In this document: positions 48,577 to 57,939 of the stretch, piece after piece
How positions within the stretch are numbered: position 1 is the stretch's first letter
How the letters are laid out: each line of letters begins with the position of its first letter
NCBI GenBank assembly: GCA_963666055.2
Contig: CAXWPH010000002.1
Span: 224,001-288,000 of the forward strand
Length of the DNA stretch: 64,000 nucleotides
Direction of reading: 5' to 3'
Origin: Acidobacteriota bacterium
GTDB taxonomy: Bacteria > Acidobacteriota > UBA890 > WLXD01
Made by a program: the position numbers and the translations under genes
Notes under the pieces: generated by a model
What the model was told of the DNA's origin: nothing
Databases searched by the model: none
Seen by the model: only the letters and a program-made list of their open reading frames with translations

Positions 48577-51500
48577 AACTCGTTGATGCGTCGATCAAAT
48601 CTCCTGTCAGCGTAACGGTCGTCGTTCTCCTGGTGGCGCTGTTCGGCATGTTGGCGTTGTTCCGCATTCCGGTGCAGCTGATCCCCGACGTCGAGGTGCC
48701 GCAGGCGGTTGTAACCACCGTGTGGCCGGGCGCGTCACCGGAGGAGATCGAGACCGAGATCGTTCAGAAGCAAGAGGAGCAGCTCAAGTCGCTCGAAGGG
48801 TTGGTGAAGATGACCAGCCAGAGCAGCCAGTCGACGGGAACGGTGACGCTGCAGTTCCAGATCGGCGTCGAGCCGGACGCGGTGCTCCTGAAAGTAAGCA
48901 ACCGCCTGCAGCAGGTGCCGCAATATCCGGCCACAGCGCTCAAGCCGGTGATCACCAGCAAGTCTCCCTTCGAACAGAACGTCATCGCCTGGATCGTCCT
49001 ACAGGCTTTGCCGGACGTGGACGTAGACATCGAGCTGCAGCGCGACTTCGCTATCGAGGTGGTGCAGCGCACGCTCGAGCGCGTCGCCGGGGTTGCCGTC
49101 GCACAGATCTGGGCCGGCCGCGACCGTGAGCTCCAAGTCACCGTCGACCCACAGAAGCTGGCGTTGCGTGGATTGTCGCTGTCGCAGGTGGCCGCGGCGC
49201 TCGACGCGGAGAACCGCGATATATCCGCCGGTGCCTTCGACGAGGGAAAGCGGACGTACGTCGTCCGAACGGTAGGTGAGTACACCGCGCCGGAGCAGAT
49301 CGAGGAGGTGGTGCTGGCGTGGCGCGACGGTGGCCCCATCTACACCCGCGACGTTGCCACCGTCGAGCTCGGCTACGCCAAGGCGACGTCGGTCATGCGG
49401 CAGCGTGGCCTGCCCACGATCGGTGTCGCCGTGCAGCAGCAGTCGGGCTCGAACACGCTGGTGGTGATCGATGGGGTAGAACGCGCCGTGGCGCAGCTCA
49501 ACGCCGGAAGCGTCGGCGAGCTCGGTATGCGCCTGGTGATCGCGTTTTCGCAGGGCGATTACATCGAGGGCGCTATCATGCTGGTGCAGCGCAACATCGT
49601 CATCGGCGGCTTGTTGGCGTTGATCGTGCTGCTGCTATTTCTGCGCAGCTTTTCGAGCGCCATGGTGGTGGGGCTGGCGATTCCGGTGAGCGTAGTGGCG
49701 ACCTTCCTGGTGATGAGCCTGCTAGGTCGTAACATCAACGTGGTCAGCCTGGCTGGGATGGCGTTTGCCGTCGGCATGATCGTCGATGCCTCCATCGTTG
49801 TGCTGGAGAACATCTATCGCCACCAGCAGATGGGGAAATCACGTGCGCAGGCAGCCTACGAGGGCACGATTGAAGTGTGGGGAGCGGTATTCGCGTCGGT
49901 GATGACCACCGTCGCTGTCTTCCTGCCGGTGCTTTTCGTGCAGGAGGAGGCCGGGCAGCTATTCCGTGACATCGCGGTGGCGGTATGCGCCGCGGTGCTG
50001 ATCTCACTGGTCGTGTCGGTAACGCTGATTCCAAGTCTCTCGGCCCGCATTCTTGGCGGCGCGGTAGCCGGTGGGGTTGCGCCCACAGCACAGCGTGGCC
50101 GGCGCGGCATCATCGGATGGGGCGAGCGACTGAACCGGGGAATCGCCGACGTCACGTATTGGCTTTCGGGGTCAGCGGTGTTGCGTGTCGTCGCTGTGCT
50201 GGTGTTGGCTGGGGGCGCGGTGTTCATGGCCTGGTCGCTGATGCCCGAGACCGAATACTTGCCCACCGGCAACCAGAACTTCGCCTTCGGGCTGCTGCTT
50301 CCGCCGCCCGGCTACAACATCGACGAGTATTTGTCGATGTCAGAGACATTGGGCGAGGTGCTGCGCCCCTACCGAGACGCCTTGCCGGGCTCGCCCGAGG
50401 CGGCGCAGCTGAACGCACCACCGATCGAGAACGACTTTTTCGCCTCGACCGGGTTCGGGGCGTTCATGGGTGTGATCGGCTACCAGAGATACGCCGAGCG
50501 CACCGGTGAGCTCGTTCCGGTGCTGCAGCAGGCCGTCAGCCTGCTTCCCGGAACCTTCGGCATTGTGCAGCAGCCGTCGATCTTCCAGCGCGGGCCGTCA
50601 GCGGGCCGTGCCATCGACATCGATCTCACCGGCCCTGACCTGAACGTGCTCCTCGCCCTGGGTGGCCGGGTGTTCGGGTCTGTCATGGCGACCCTGCCAG
50701 GCGCCCAGGCGCAGCCGATTCCGGGGCTGGACCTGGGCAACCCGGAGATCCGTGTGATTCCGGATCGCGAGCGCGCCGCCGAGCTCGGGATGACGGCTTC
50801 GGAGCTCGGCTTCGCGCTCAACGCCCTCGTGGACGGGGTGAAGGTCAGCGAGTATCAGTTCGAGGGCAGGGCGATCGATCTCGTGCTCAGGGGTGCCACG
50901 CCATATGCGACGCGCTCACAGGATATCGAGGCGCTCAACATCGCCACACCGTCGGGGCGGGTGGTGAGCGTCGGCGATATCGGTCGTGTGGTCGAAACCA
51001 ACGGTCCCTCGCAGATCATTCGTATCGAGCGCCAGCGCGCGGTTACCATTCGCGTGCTGCCGGCCCGTGAGATGCCGCTCGAAACGGCGATGGCGACGAT
51101 CGAGACCAACATCCTGGGACCGATGCGCGCCGATGGGTCGCTGTCGCTTCCCTACCAGGCGACGCTGGCGGGATCGGCCGACAAGCTCACCACGACACGG
51201 CAGGCCCTGCAGGGAAACATGTTGCTGGCGCTGGTGGTGATTTACCTGCTGATGGCGGCGTTGTTCGAGTCGTTCCTGTACCCGTTCGTGATTCTGTTCT
51301 CGGTGCCGTTCGCGGCACTCGGCGGTTTCGTCGGGCTCGCGCTGGTGAACAGATTCGTCGCCTACCAGGCACTCGACGTGATCGCCATGCTCGGTTTCGT
51401 GATACTCGTCGGCGTCGTCGTCAACAACGCCATCTTGATCGTCCACCAGACGCTGAACTACATGCGCGATCGCGGGCTGGAGCACCGCGAGGCGCTGCGC

Positions 51501-51758
51501 GACGCCGTGTCCGACCGTGTCCGGCCGATCTTCATGAGCACGCTTACCTCGGTCATGGGCATGGCACCGTTGGTGCTGGTGACCGGGCCCGGCAGCGAGA
51601 TCTACCGTGGCCTGGGCAGCGTCGTGGTGGGTGGGTTGGCGGTCTCGACGATCTTCACGCTGTTTCTCGTACCGGCCGTGTTCTCCATCGTAATGGACGT
51701 GCGCGCCGCGGTGCTGCGGGCGGTGCGAGGAAGCGACGAAGCACGCGCCCGGGCCTGA
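48573..51758 (+). CDS. RND efflux permease (AcrB/CzcA superfamily)
   Basis: WPGASPEEIE, GMIVDASIVVLENI, GVVVNNAIL, RVRPIFMSTLT. Confidence 0.96.
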   Translation: MKLVDASIKSPVSVTVVVLLVALFGMLALFRIPVQLIPDVEVPQAVVTTVWPGASPEEIETEIVQKQEEQLKSLEGLVKMTSQSSQSTGTVTLQFQIGVEPDAVLLKVSNRLQQVPQYPATALKPVITSKSPFEQNVIAWIVLQALPDVDVDIELQRDFAIEVVQRTLERVAGVAVAQIWAGRDRELQVTVDPQKLALRGLSLSQVAAALDAENRDISAGAFDEGKRTYVVRTVGEYTAPEQIEEVVLAWRDGGPIYTRDVATVELGYAKATSVMRQRGLPTIGVAVQQQSGSNTLVVIDGVERAVAQLNAGSVGELGMRLVIAFSQGDYIEGAIMLVQRNIVIGGLLALIVLLLFLRSFSSAMVVGLAIPVSVVATFLVMSLLGRNINVVSLAGMAFAVGMIVDASIVVLENIYRHQQMGKSRAQAAYEGTIEVWGAVFASVMTTVAVFLPVLFVQEEAGQLFRDIAVAVCAAVLISLVVSVTLIPSLSARILGGAVAGGVAPTAQRGRRGIIGWGERLNRGIADVTYWLSGSAVLRVVAVLVLAGGAVFMAWSLMPETEYLPTGNQNFAFGLLLPPPGYNIDEYLSMSETLGEVLRPYRDALPGSPEAAQLNAPPIENDFFASTGFGAFMGVIGYQRYAERTGELVPVLQQAVSLLPGTFGIVQQPSIFQRGPSAGRAIDIDLTGPDLNVLLALGGRVFGSVMATLPGAQAQPIPGLDLGNPEIRVIPDRERAAELGMTASELGFALNALVDGVKVSEYQFEGRAIDLVLRGATPYATRSQDIEALNIATPSGRVVSVGDIGRVVETNGPSQIIRIERQRAVTIRVLPAREMPLETAMATIETNILGPMRADGSLSLPYQATLAGSADKLTTTRQALQGNMLLALVVIYLLMAALFESFLYPFVILFSVPFAALGGFVGLALVNRFVAYQALDVIAMLGFVILVGVVVNNAILIVHQTLNYMRDRGLEHREALRDAVSDRVRPIFMSTLTSVMGMAPLVLVTGPGSEIYRGLGSVVVGGLAVSTIFTLFLVPAVFSIVMDVRAAVLRAVRGSDEARARA

Positions 51759-51834
51759 GTACGCAGCCGTCAATAGCCCACGAGTCAGAATCACGCCGAG
51801 GACAGCGGCTGGTAACCTGCGCGCGCCTTCGTGT

Positions 51835-52113
51835 CTAGCAGGCCGTGGTGAAAGTGTGGTGGGTCTGGTTACGGCGAGTTGGGGCCAGATGCAAGGCAGC
51901 CTGACACAGGCGATGCCCTAGCCATCGTCGAGGAAGGCCAACGCTGCAAATGGCCCCAAATCGCCGTAACCCCCCGGGCGACAGGGGGTTGCGCGCGTAT
52001 GCTGCGTCGTTCCTCGTCAACGATGGGGTAACCATCGCCTCCTCCTCTCTCCTTGCCTCCACTTCGCAAGACCCTGTCGCCAGACCCACCCCACTTTCAC
52101 CACGGCCTGCTAG
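51835..52113 (-). mobile_element. MITE-like element, copy 3 (279 bp, inverted)
   Basis: Reverse complement of copies 1 and 2; CTAG at both ends; intergenic. Confidence 0.9.
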
Positions 52114-52196
52114 CTGGGCCCTCCTGGGCGTGATCCTTTCGGCAACGCCATCGAGCTCCAGGAGCTGAAACCAACGCCGGAGTGTATCCTCGGTCG

Positions 52197-52760
52197 ATGC
52201 GATTGACGCGGCTGTACACGCGCAACGGCGACGGCGGCACGACACGGCTCGCCACCGGGGTCGATGTTCGCAAGGATTGTTCGCGGGTGGTGGCATACGG
52301 CGAAGTGGATGAGCTCAATTCCCACATCGGAAGCGCGCTTGCCGTCGGCGTCGTGCCGCGACTGGGCGTCGAGCTGCAGCGATTGCAGAACGAGTTGCTC
52401 GATCTGGGAGGTGATCTGGCCACGCCCCTCGACGCCGAGATCGACTTTGTCGTGCCGCGCATCCAGGCGACGCAGGTGGCCCGGTTGGAGGCCTCGATCG
52501 ACGAGCTCAACGAGGTAACCGGCGCCCTGGAGAATTTTGTCTTACCGGGGGGCGCGCCGGGCTCAGCCGCCCTTCACGTTGCTCGCACCGTCTGCCGACG
52601 AGCCGAGCGAGCGGTGATAACGCTTGCCGCCGAAGGGGACGTCGGCGAGGTGGTGATTCCGTACTTGAATCGGCTGTCCGACCTGCTCTTCGCTATGGCG
52701 CGCTATGAGAATCACGAGCGCGGCGTGGCGGAGCCGCTCTGGAAGCCCGCCGGCGACTGA
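52197..52760 (+). CDS. pduO: ATP:cob(I)alamin adenosyltransferase (PduO type)
   Basis: YTRNGDGGTT, YGEVDELNS, FVLPGG, RTVCRRAER, YLNRLSD. Confidence 0.95.
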   Translation: MRLTRLYTRNGDGGTTRLATGVDVRKDCSRVVAYGEVDELNSHIGSALAVGVVPRLGVELQRLQNELLDLGGDLATPLDAEIDFVVPRIQATQVARLEASIDELNEVTGALENFVLPGGAPGSAALHVARTVCRRAERAVITLAAEGDVGEVVIPYLNRLSDLLFAMARYENHERGVAEPLWKPAGD

Positions 52761-52830
52761 TCTGTAGCGCCGGGCGTGGCATGCGGCTTCGCCGTCAGGC
52801 GGAAACGCCATCCGCACTCAGCAATGATGT

Positions 52831-52856
52831 GGGGGGGGGGGGGGGGGGGGGGGGGG
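52831..52856. repeat. G26 homopolymer
   Basis: 26 consecutive G in an intergenic region. Confidence 0.95.
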
Positions 52857-52919
52857 TGGACAGGATTCGAGCGACATGTACGATGGGCGGACCCTCAGGC
52901 GGCTCCCCGCGGGGTGAGA

Positions 52920-53171
52920 ATGTTCTATAGACCTCGACTAGCGCACCGCGTATACGCCTGGGTACGCGGCTACTTCTGGATTCCCTGCCCGATCTGCAAG
53001 CGGGGCTTCGGCGAGCACGAGTGGCTTCCCGGCAACGAGCTGTGGCTCACCGAGCGTGATTCCGTGGCTGTTTGTCCGGACTGCGGCCCAGAGGCAATCG
53101 AGACCAATCGTGAGCGCGGCTTCCCGCCGACAGATCGACCGGCCGACGGCGGAAAGTCATCGATCTACTGA
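52920..53171 (+). CDS. Small putative zinc-binding protein (83 aa)
   Basis: GYFWIPCPICKRGFGEHEW...VCPDC; two CxxC motifs. Confidence 0.6.
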   Translation: MFYRPRLAHRVYAWVRGYFWIPCPICKRGFGEHEWLPGNELWLTERDSVAVCPDCGPEAIETNRERGFPPTDRPADGGKSSIY

Positions 53172-53180
53172 GGCGGCCTG

Positions 53181-53780
53181 CTAGTCGATTGCGGCTCCGT
53201 CGAGCAGTCGATCGATGAGGACTCGGAGCTCCTCGTGCTTGGTCGGGACGGCACCGATCCAACGCTTGCGGACTTGCCATTCCGAATCGATTAGCAGCGT
53301 CGTTGGGAGTCCCCATAGCGGGCCGAACCGCTCTTCGAACTCGGCCGTACCCATGACTACCGGGTAGTCGACGCGGAAGCGGTCGCTGCTTACGAATTGC
53401 TCCACGGTGGGCGCGCTGCCAGACTGCACGGCAACGCCTATCACCTCGACGTTGCGGGCACGGTACTCGTTGTAGAGCTTGTTGTAGCGTGGTATCTCGG
53501 TCAGGCAGGGTCCACACCAGGTGGCCCAGACGTCGAGAACGACTACTCGGCCCCGGAGGCTCGACGAGCGTATCGGGGTTCCGTCCAAGCGCTCGAGCAC
53601 AAACGGTGCGGCGGGTGACGGCTCATTCAACACCGCCTCCGCGGCCGCAGCGACGGCCGGATCCCCACCATACCCGGTGATTGCCAGCGACCACGCCACC
53701 AGGGCGACGGTTCCGGCGACGGCTACCGAGGAAACGAGGTTCGGTCGAGGCATGGGCACCAGCGGCGAGAAAAACGGCAT
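53181..53780 (-). CDS. TlpA-family disulfide reductase
   Basis: VVLDVWATWCGPC, GLPTTLLID; N-terminal TM; stop lies in a CGGCCTGCTAG remnant. Confidence 0.92.
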   Translation of the reverse strand: MPFFSPLVPMPRPNLVSSVAVAGTVALVAWSLAITGYGGDPAVAAAAEAVLNEPSPAAPFVLERLDGTPIRSSSLRGRVVVLDVWATWCGPCLTEIPRYNKLYNEYRARNVEVIGVAVQSGSAPTVEQFVSSDRFRVDYPVVMGTAEFEERFGPLWGLPTTLLIDSEWQVRKRWIGAVPTKHEELRVLIDRLLDGAAID

Positions 53781-53843
53781 CCAGAGGCTGCTTTGCCGCT
53801 CCTCGCCAGTCGGTTTCCGATGACCGCGGAGATTCTCTGTTGC

Positions 53844-54179
53844 CTACCGCCAGTGCCGATACCCGTAGCGCCGGTAACCGTAGCTCCGGTACCCGTACGA
53901 TCGATAACCGTAGGAACGGTACCCGTATCGCCGTGGCGCATAACCGTAGGAGGACCGTCCCGCAACCAGGCGTGCACCATAGCCGTAGGAGCGGCCATAC
54001 CCATACCCACTGTAGAGCGGACGCCCGTAGTAGGCCACCGGCGGCAACCCTCCGCGGGCGTGTATCGAGTAGGGGATTGGCTGCCGGGGTCGCATACGGC
54101 GCTCGGCATAGGCACCGGTCTCGGTCGCGAATCCGGCCACCATCAGCAGCGCCGCCAGGATGATACTGAGCCTCTTCAT
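53844..54179 (-). CDS. Secreted Tyr/Gly/Arg-rich low-complexity protein (111 aa)
   Basis: GGAGG SD; MKRLSIILAALLMVAG signal; C-terminal (YGYRS)3-YGYRR-YGYRH. Confidence 0.75.
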   Translation of the reverse strand: MKRLSIILAALLMVAGFATETGAYAERRMRPRQPIPYSIHARGGLPPVAYYGRPLYSGYGYGRSYGYGARLVAGRSSYGYAPRRYGYRSYGYRSYGYRSYGYRRYGYRHWR

Positions 54180-54296
54180 ACACGCCTCCTTGGCTGGGGA
54201 CGCGCACATCATACCCGGACAGGAGCGGATAGCGAGGGCCAACACCGGACTGGCGCTGCTGGCGACGGGCACGCCTCGGGCGGCTAGAATTCGTTT

Positions 54297-54704
54297 ATGA
54301 TCCATCGCTTGGCGACGCGCGCCCCGAATACAGGGCTGCACGAGATCACCGCCGATGTGGAAGCCGCCGTACGCGCGGCAGGCATCTCCGAGGGAATATG
54401 TACTCTGTTCGTGCGCCACACCTCGGCGAGTCTGACGATCCAGGAGAACGCCGATCCTTCAGCCCGTCGCGATCTGGAGGCGTGGCTCGAGCGGCTCGTT
54501 CCCGAGGGCGATCCGCTCTACACGCATACGGCCGAGGGCGCCGACGACATGCCGGCGCACGTCAAGGCGGCGCTGACCGCCACCTCGCTGTCGATTCCCG
54601 TGCTCGGTGGACGTCTCGGTCTCGGTAGGTGGCAAGGAATCTATCTTTGGGAGCATCGACGACCGCCGCGGGAGCGCGAGATCCTGATCCACGTCGGCGA
54701 CTAG
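54297..54704 (+). CDS. yjbQ: YjbQ/UPF0047 family protein
   Basis: HTSASLTIQENADP, DDMPAHVK, LGRWQGIYLWEHR. Confidence 0.93.
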   Translation: MIHRLATRAPNTGLHEITADVEAAVRAAGISEGICTLFVRHTSASLTIQENADPSARRDLEAWLERLVPEGDPLYTHTAEGADDMPAHVKAALTATSLSIPVLGGRLGLGRWQGIYLWEHRRPPREREILIHVGD

Positions 54705-54741
54705 CAACCAGACCCACCACACCTTCACCACGGCCTGCTAG
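54701..54741. repeat. Internally deleted element forming the whole spacer between two convergent stops
   Basis: CTAGC-AACCAGACCCACCACACCTTCACCACGGCCTG-CTAG. Confidence 0.85.
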
Positions 54742-55889
54742 CCACTCGCCGCTGCGGCCGCCTCCACGGCGCGCATCACGCGCAGGAAGTTACCGCCGGC
54801 GATCCCGCGTAGCTCGTCGTTGCCATAACCGCGGCGCACCAGCTCGACGAATAGGTCAGGGAACTTGGACACGTCCTCGAGACCCTCGGGGACCTCCTCG
54901 ATGCCATCGAAGTCGGATCCTATGCCGACGTGCTCGGCGCCCATGATCGCGCATAGATGGTCAATGTGGTCAGCTACCTCGCCGAGCGTTGCGTGCGTCG
55001 CCGCATGGTCGACGTCCCAGGCGGCTAGTTGGCGCTCGCGCTGCCCGGCATCGTCCGGGTGTAACTCCATCAGACGGGCCTTCCAACCTGTCCGGCTGGC
55101 GCGGTGCTCCAGCACCCGAGCCGAGACGAAGTAGGGGACGAACGTGGCCATTACGATGCCGCCACCGTCGCGCAGCATCCGCAGCACATCATCGGGGACG
55201 TTGCGCGGGTAATCGTTGATCGCGGCGGCGCCTGAGTGTGTGCACGCGACCGGCGCCCTCGACGCATCGATTGTCTGGCGCATGGTATCGGCGGAGGCGT
55301 GCGACAGATCGATCAGCATCCCGAGATCGTTCATACACGCGACCACCTCACGCCCGAAATCCGTGAGGCCGCCGTGCACCGGATCCAGGCGACAGCAGTC
55401 AGCCCAGTCAGTGTGCACGTTGTGAAGCAGCGTCATGTACCGGGCGCCGGCTCGGTAGGCAAGCCGCAGGGCAGCCAGGGAGTTCTCGATACCGTGGCCG
55501 CCCTCGACGGCGATCAGCGACGCGATCTTGCCGTCGGCATGGATACGCTCGATGTCATCGGCGCAGAAAGCCGGCTGCAGGGTGTCCGGATAGGCCGATG
55601 CGAGTCGCGCGGCCACCTCGATCTGTTCGAACATCACCCGCGCGGCCCCCGCGCCCGCCAGCTCGAACGGCACGTAGGCAGCCCAGAACTGCGCTCCGAC
55701 GCGGCCGGCTCGCAGACGCTTGAGATCGGTGTGCATTGGGGGCTCGAGCGCGCTCGTGTCCTCGAAGTCGAAGCGATCCAGGTCGTTGCCGACGCGTTGG
55801 CGCAGCTGATACGGGACGTCGTTGTGTCCCTCGACGAACGGCGATTCGGCCAGTAGTCGGAGGACGCGTTGTCTGATCTCTTCGCTCAT
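54738..55889 (-). CDS. Membrane dipeptidase family (M19), cytoplasmic
   Basis: GHND, HTDL, VEGGH, DLSH, HVGIGSDFDG. Confidence 0.93.
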   Translation of the reverse strand: MSEEIRQRVLRLLAESPFVEGHNDVPYQLRQRVGNDLDRFDFEDTSALEPPMHTDLKRLRAGRVGAQFWAAYVPFELAGAGAARVMFEQIEVAARLASAYPDTLQPAFCADDIERIHADGKIASLIAVEGGHGIENSLAALRLAYRAGARYMTLLHNVHTDWADCCRLDPVHGGLTDFGREVVACMNDLGMLIDLSHASADTMRQTIDASRAPVACTHSGAAAINDYPRNVPDDVLRMLRDGGGIVMATFVPYFVSARVLEHRASRTGWKARLMELHPDDAGQRERQLAAWDVDHAATHATLGEVADHIDHLCAIMGAEHVGIGSDFDGIEEVPEGLEDVSKFPDLFVELVRRGYGNDELRGIAGGNFLRVMRAVEAAAAASG

Positions 55890-56032
55890 CGTGGGGCTGT
55901 GCCGGGCTGCGGCGTTACGGTACGGGTGCCCAACAGGGAAGGTAGGCTACAACGAACCCAGGGAGCTCGACGCAGACCGCCATGCTTGCTCCGGCAGCTC
56001 GCGGTGCGCGGCATCTACCGAGTGAGGAACGC

Positions 56033-56704
56033 ATGACCGAGCGGGAGGACTTCGTGCCGCTGCCGGCGTATGAAGAGTACCCGGCGGAGGAGATGCGCCG
56101 GCGGGCGCGCGCCTTCTTCGAGAACCTCTCGCGCCGCCGCACGGTGCGGGAGTTTGACTCGCGTCCGCCACCGCCAGACGTGATCGACGACTGCATCCGC
56201 GCCGCCGGCACCGCGCCGAGCGGCGCCAATATGCAGCCCTGGCATTTCGTCGTGGTGACCGATCCAGAGATCAAGCGCCAGGTGCGCAAGGCCGCCGAGG
56301 AGGAGGAGCGAGAGTTTTACACCCAGCGTGCTCCCCAGGAGTGGCTGGATGCGCTGGCACCCCTGGGCACCAACGAGCACAAGCCCTTCCTCGAGGAAGC
56401 TCCAGCGCTTATTGCGGTGTTCGTGGAGCGCTGGGGCTTGCTACCCGATGGGCGTAAGGTGAAGCACTACTACGCTCTCGAGTCGGTCGGTTTGGCCACC
56501 GGCATGCTGATCGCGGCGGTGCACGAGGCCGGCTTGGTGTCGCTCACCCATACCCCGAGCCCAATGGGGTTCTTGAAAGAGATCCTCGGGCGGCCCGACA
56601 ACGAGAGCGCGTTCCTGATCTTGGTGGTGGGGTATCCAGCCGACGACTGCCGCGTCCCCGATATCGGCCGCAAGCAGCTCGACGAGTTTCGCACCACGGT
56701 CTGA
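56033..56704 (+). CDS. Nitroreductase-superfamily flavoprotein, iodotyrosine deiodinase-like
   Basis: [52 protein letters not shown]. Confidence 0.88.
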   Translation: MTEREDFVPLPAYEEYPAEEMRRRARAFFENLSRRRTVREFDSRPPPPDVIDDCIRAAGTAPSGANMQPWHFVVVTDPEIKRQVRKAAEEEEREFYTQRAPQEWLDALAPLGTNEHKPFLEEAPALIAVFVERWGLLPDGRKVKHYYALESVGLATGMLIAAVHEAGLVSLTHTPSPMGFLKEILGRPDNESAFLILVVGYPADDCRVPDIGRKQLDEFRTTV

Positions 56705-56708
56705 CCCC

Positions 56709-57728
56709 TCAGGCCGCCGCCTCCTGTCCCTCGACGGCGGCGGAATAGTCGCCACTGCGCGCCAACCCGTTGCAATGCGCGCGATGGGTGAAAGCGTGTT
56801 GCGTGGCCTCCGCGTTCTCGGCTTTTCCGTCCCAGGCCTTCAAGGCCGACGCCTGCAAGGCACGTCCGAACGAAAAGCTGAGCTCCCATGGTTGTGACCC
56901 ACGGCGGTTCATGGCGTTGAGGAAGTCGGTGGCGTTCACCTCCGACAAACCGCCAGACAGGAACACGATGCCTGGAACGGCACCCGGCACGGTGCGCCTG
57001 AGGGTGCGAATGGTTGCCTCGGCGACGGCGTCTCGATCGGCCTGTACAGGGCACTGATCGCCGGATACGACCATGTTGGGCTTCAACAACGTACCCTCGA
57101 GCTCAACGCGCTGAATGTGGAGCTGATGATAGACCTCGGCGAGCGTCGCCTCGGTCACCGCGGCGCAGCGCTCGATGGTGTGATCGCCGCTCATCAGCAC
57201 CTCCGGCTCGACGATCGGCACCATGTTGGCCTCCTGGGTCAACGCCGCGAAGCGCGCCAGTCCGTGCGCGTTGGCCTCGATGCACGTGCGGCTCGGGATG
57301 CCATCGCCGATGGTGATGACGGCGCGCCACTTGGTGAATCGTGCCCCCAGCTCGTAATACTCGGAAAGCCGCTCGCGGAGGCCGTCAAGGCCCTCGGCCA
57401 CCTTCTCGCCGGGGCATCCCGCAAGATCCTTGGCGCCCTTGTCGACCTTGATGCCGGGCACGATGCCCTGGTCCGTCAGCAGCTTGGAAAACGGCACGCC
57501 GTTGTCGCTGCACTGGCGTAGCGTTTCGTCGAAGAGAATCACCCCGCCGATGTACGGGGCGGCGCCGGCTGAGGTGAACAGTAGCTGCCGATAGAATCGA
57601 CGGTTGTCCTCGTTCGACTCGACGCCGATCGAATCGAAGCGCTTCTTGATCGTGGGCGCGCTCTCGTCGGCGGCGAGGACCCCCTTCTGCGGCGCGACGA
57701 TTTGCTTCGCGATATCTGCCAAGCTCAT
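56709..57728 (-). CDS. Class I fructose-bisphosphate aldolase
   Basis: KGVLAADES, GIKVDKG, KWRAV, VPIVEPE, LLKPNMV, FLSGG, FSFGRALQ. Confidence 0.97.
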   Translation of the reverse strand: MSLADIAKQIVAPQKGVLAADESAPTIKKRFDSIGVESNEDNRRFYRQLLFTSAGAAPYIGGVILFDETLRQCSDNGVPFSKLLTDQGIVPGIKVDKGAKDLAGCPGEKVAEGLDGLRERLSEYYELGARFTKWRAVITIGDGIPSRTCIEANAHGLARFAALTQEANMVPIVEPEVLMSGDHTIERCAAVTEATLAEVYHQLHIQRVELEGTLLKPNMVVSGDQCPVQADRDAVAEATIRTLRRTVPGAVPGIVFLSGGLSEVNATDFLNAMNRRGSQPWELSFSFGRALQASALKAWDGKAENAEATQHAFTHRAHCNGLARSGDYSAAVEGQEAAA

Positions 57729-57939
57729 TCGGATGCCTCTTCGGACTCCATGCGTGGGAGTGGAAAGGGTAAGGGAAGCTCGATGGGTGAAATTTTGCGT
57801 GCCCTTGCCGGGGGTGTCAAACGACCATCGAACGGTACCTGAGATCGTCGGGGAGGCTGTCGCTCGGCGCGATGGCGCCTAGAATAACCCTCACCCGGCC
57901 GCGCGGCGGCCCCACCCCGAACAGCGCAGGAGACAGTCG

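Noticed and set aside
11523-52113. Repeats as a CRISPR array, or their recurring small ORFs (...HHTFTTAC, MAPNRRNP...) as a gene family
   Set aside because: Copies are dispersed with no repeat-spacer periodicity and no cas genes; the ORF frames differ between copies because of an indel.
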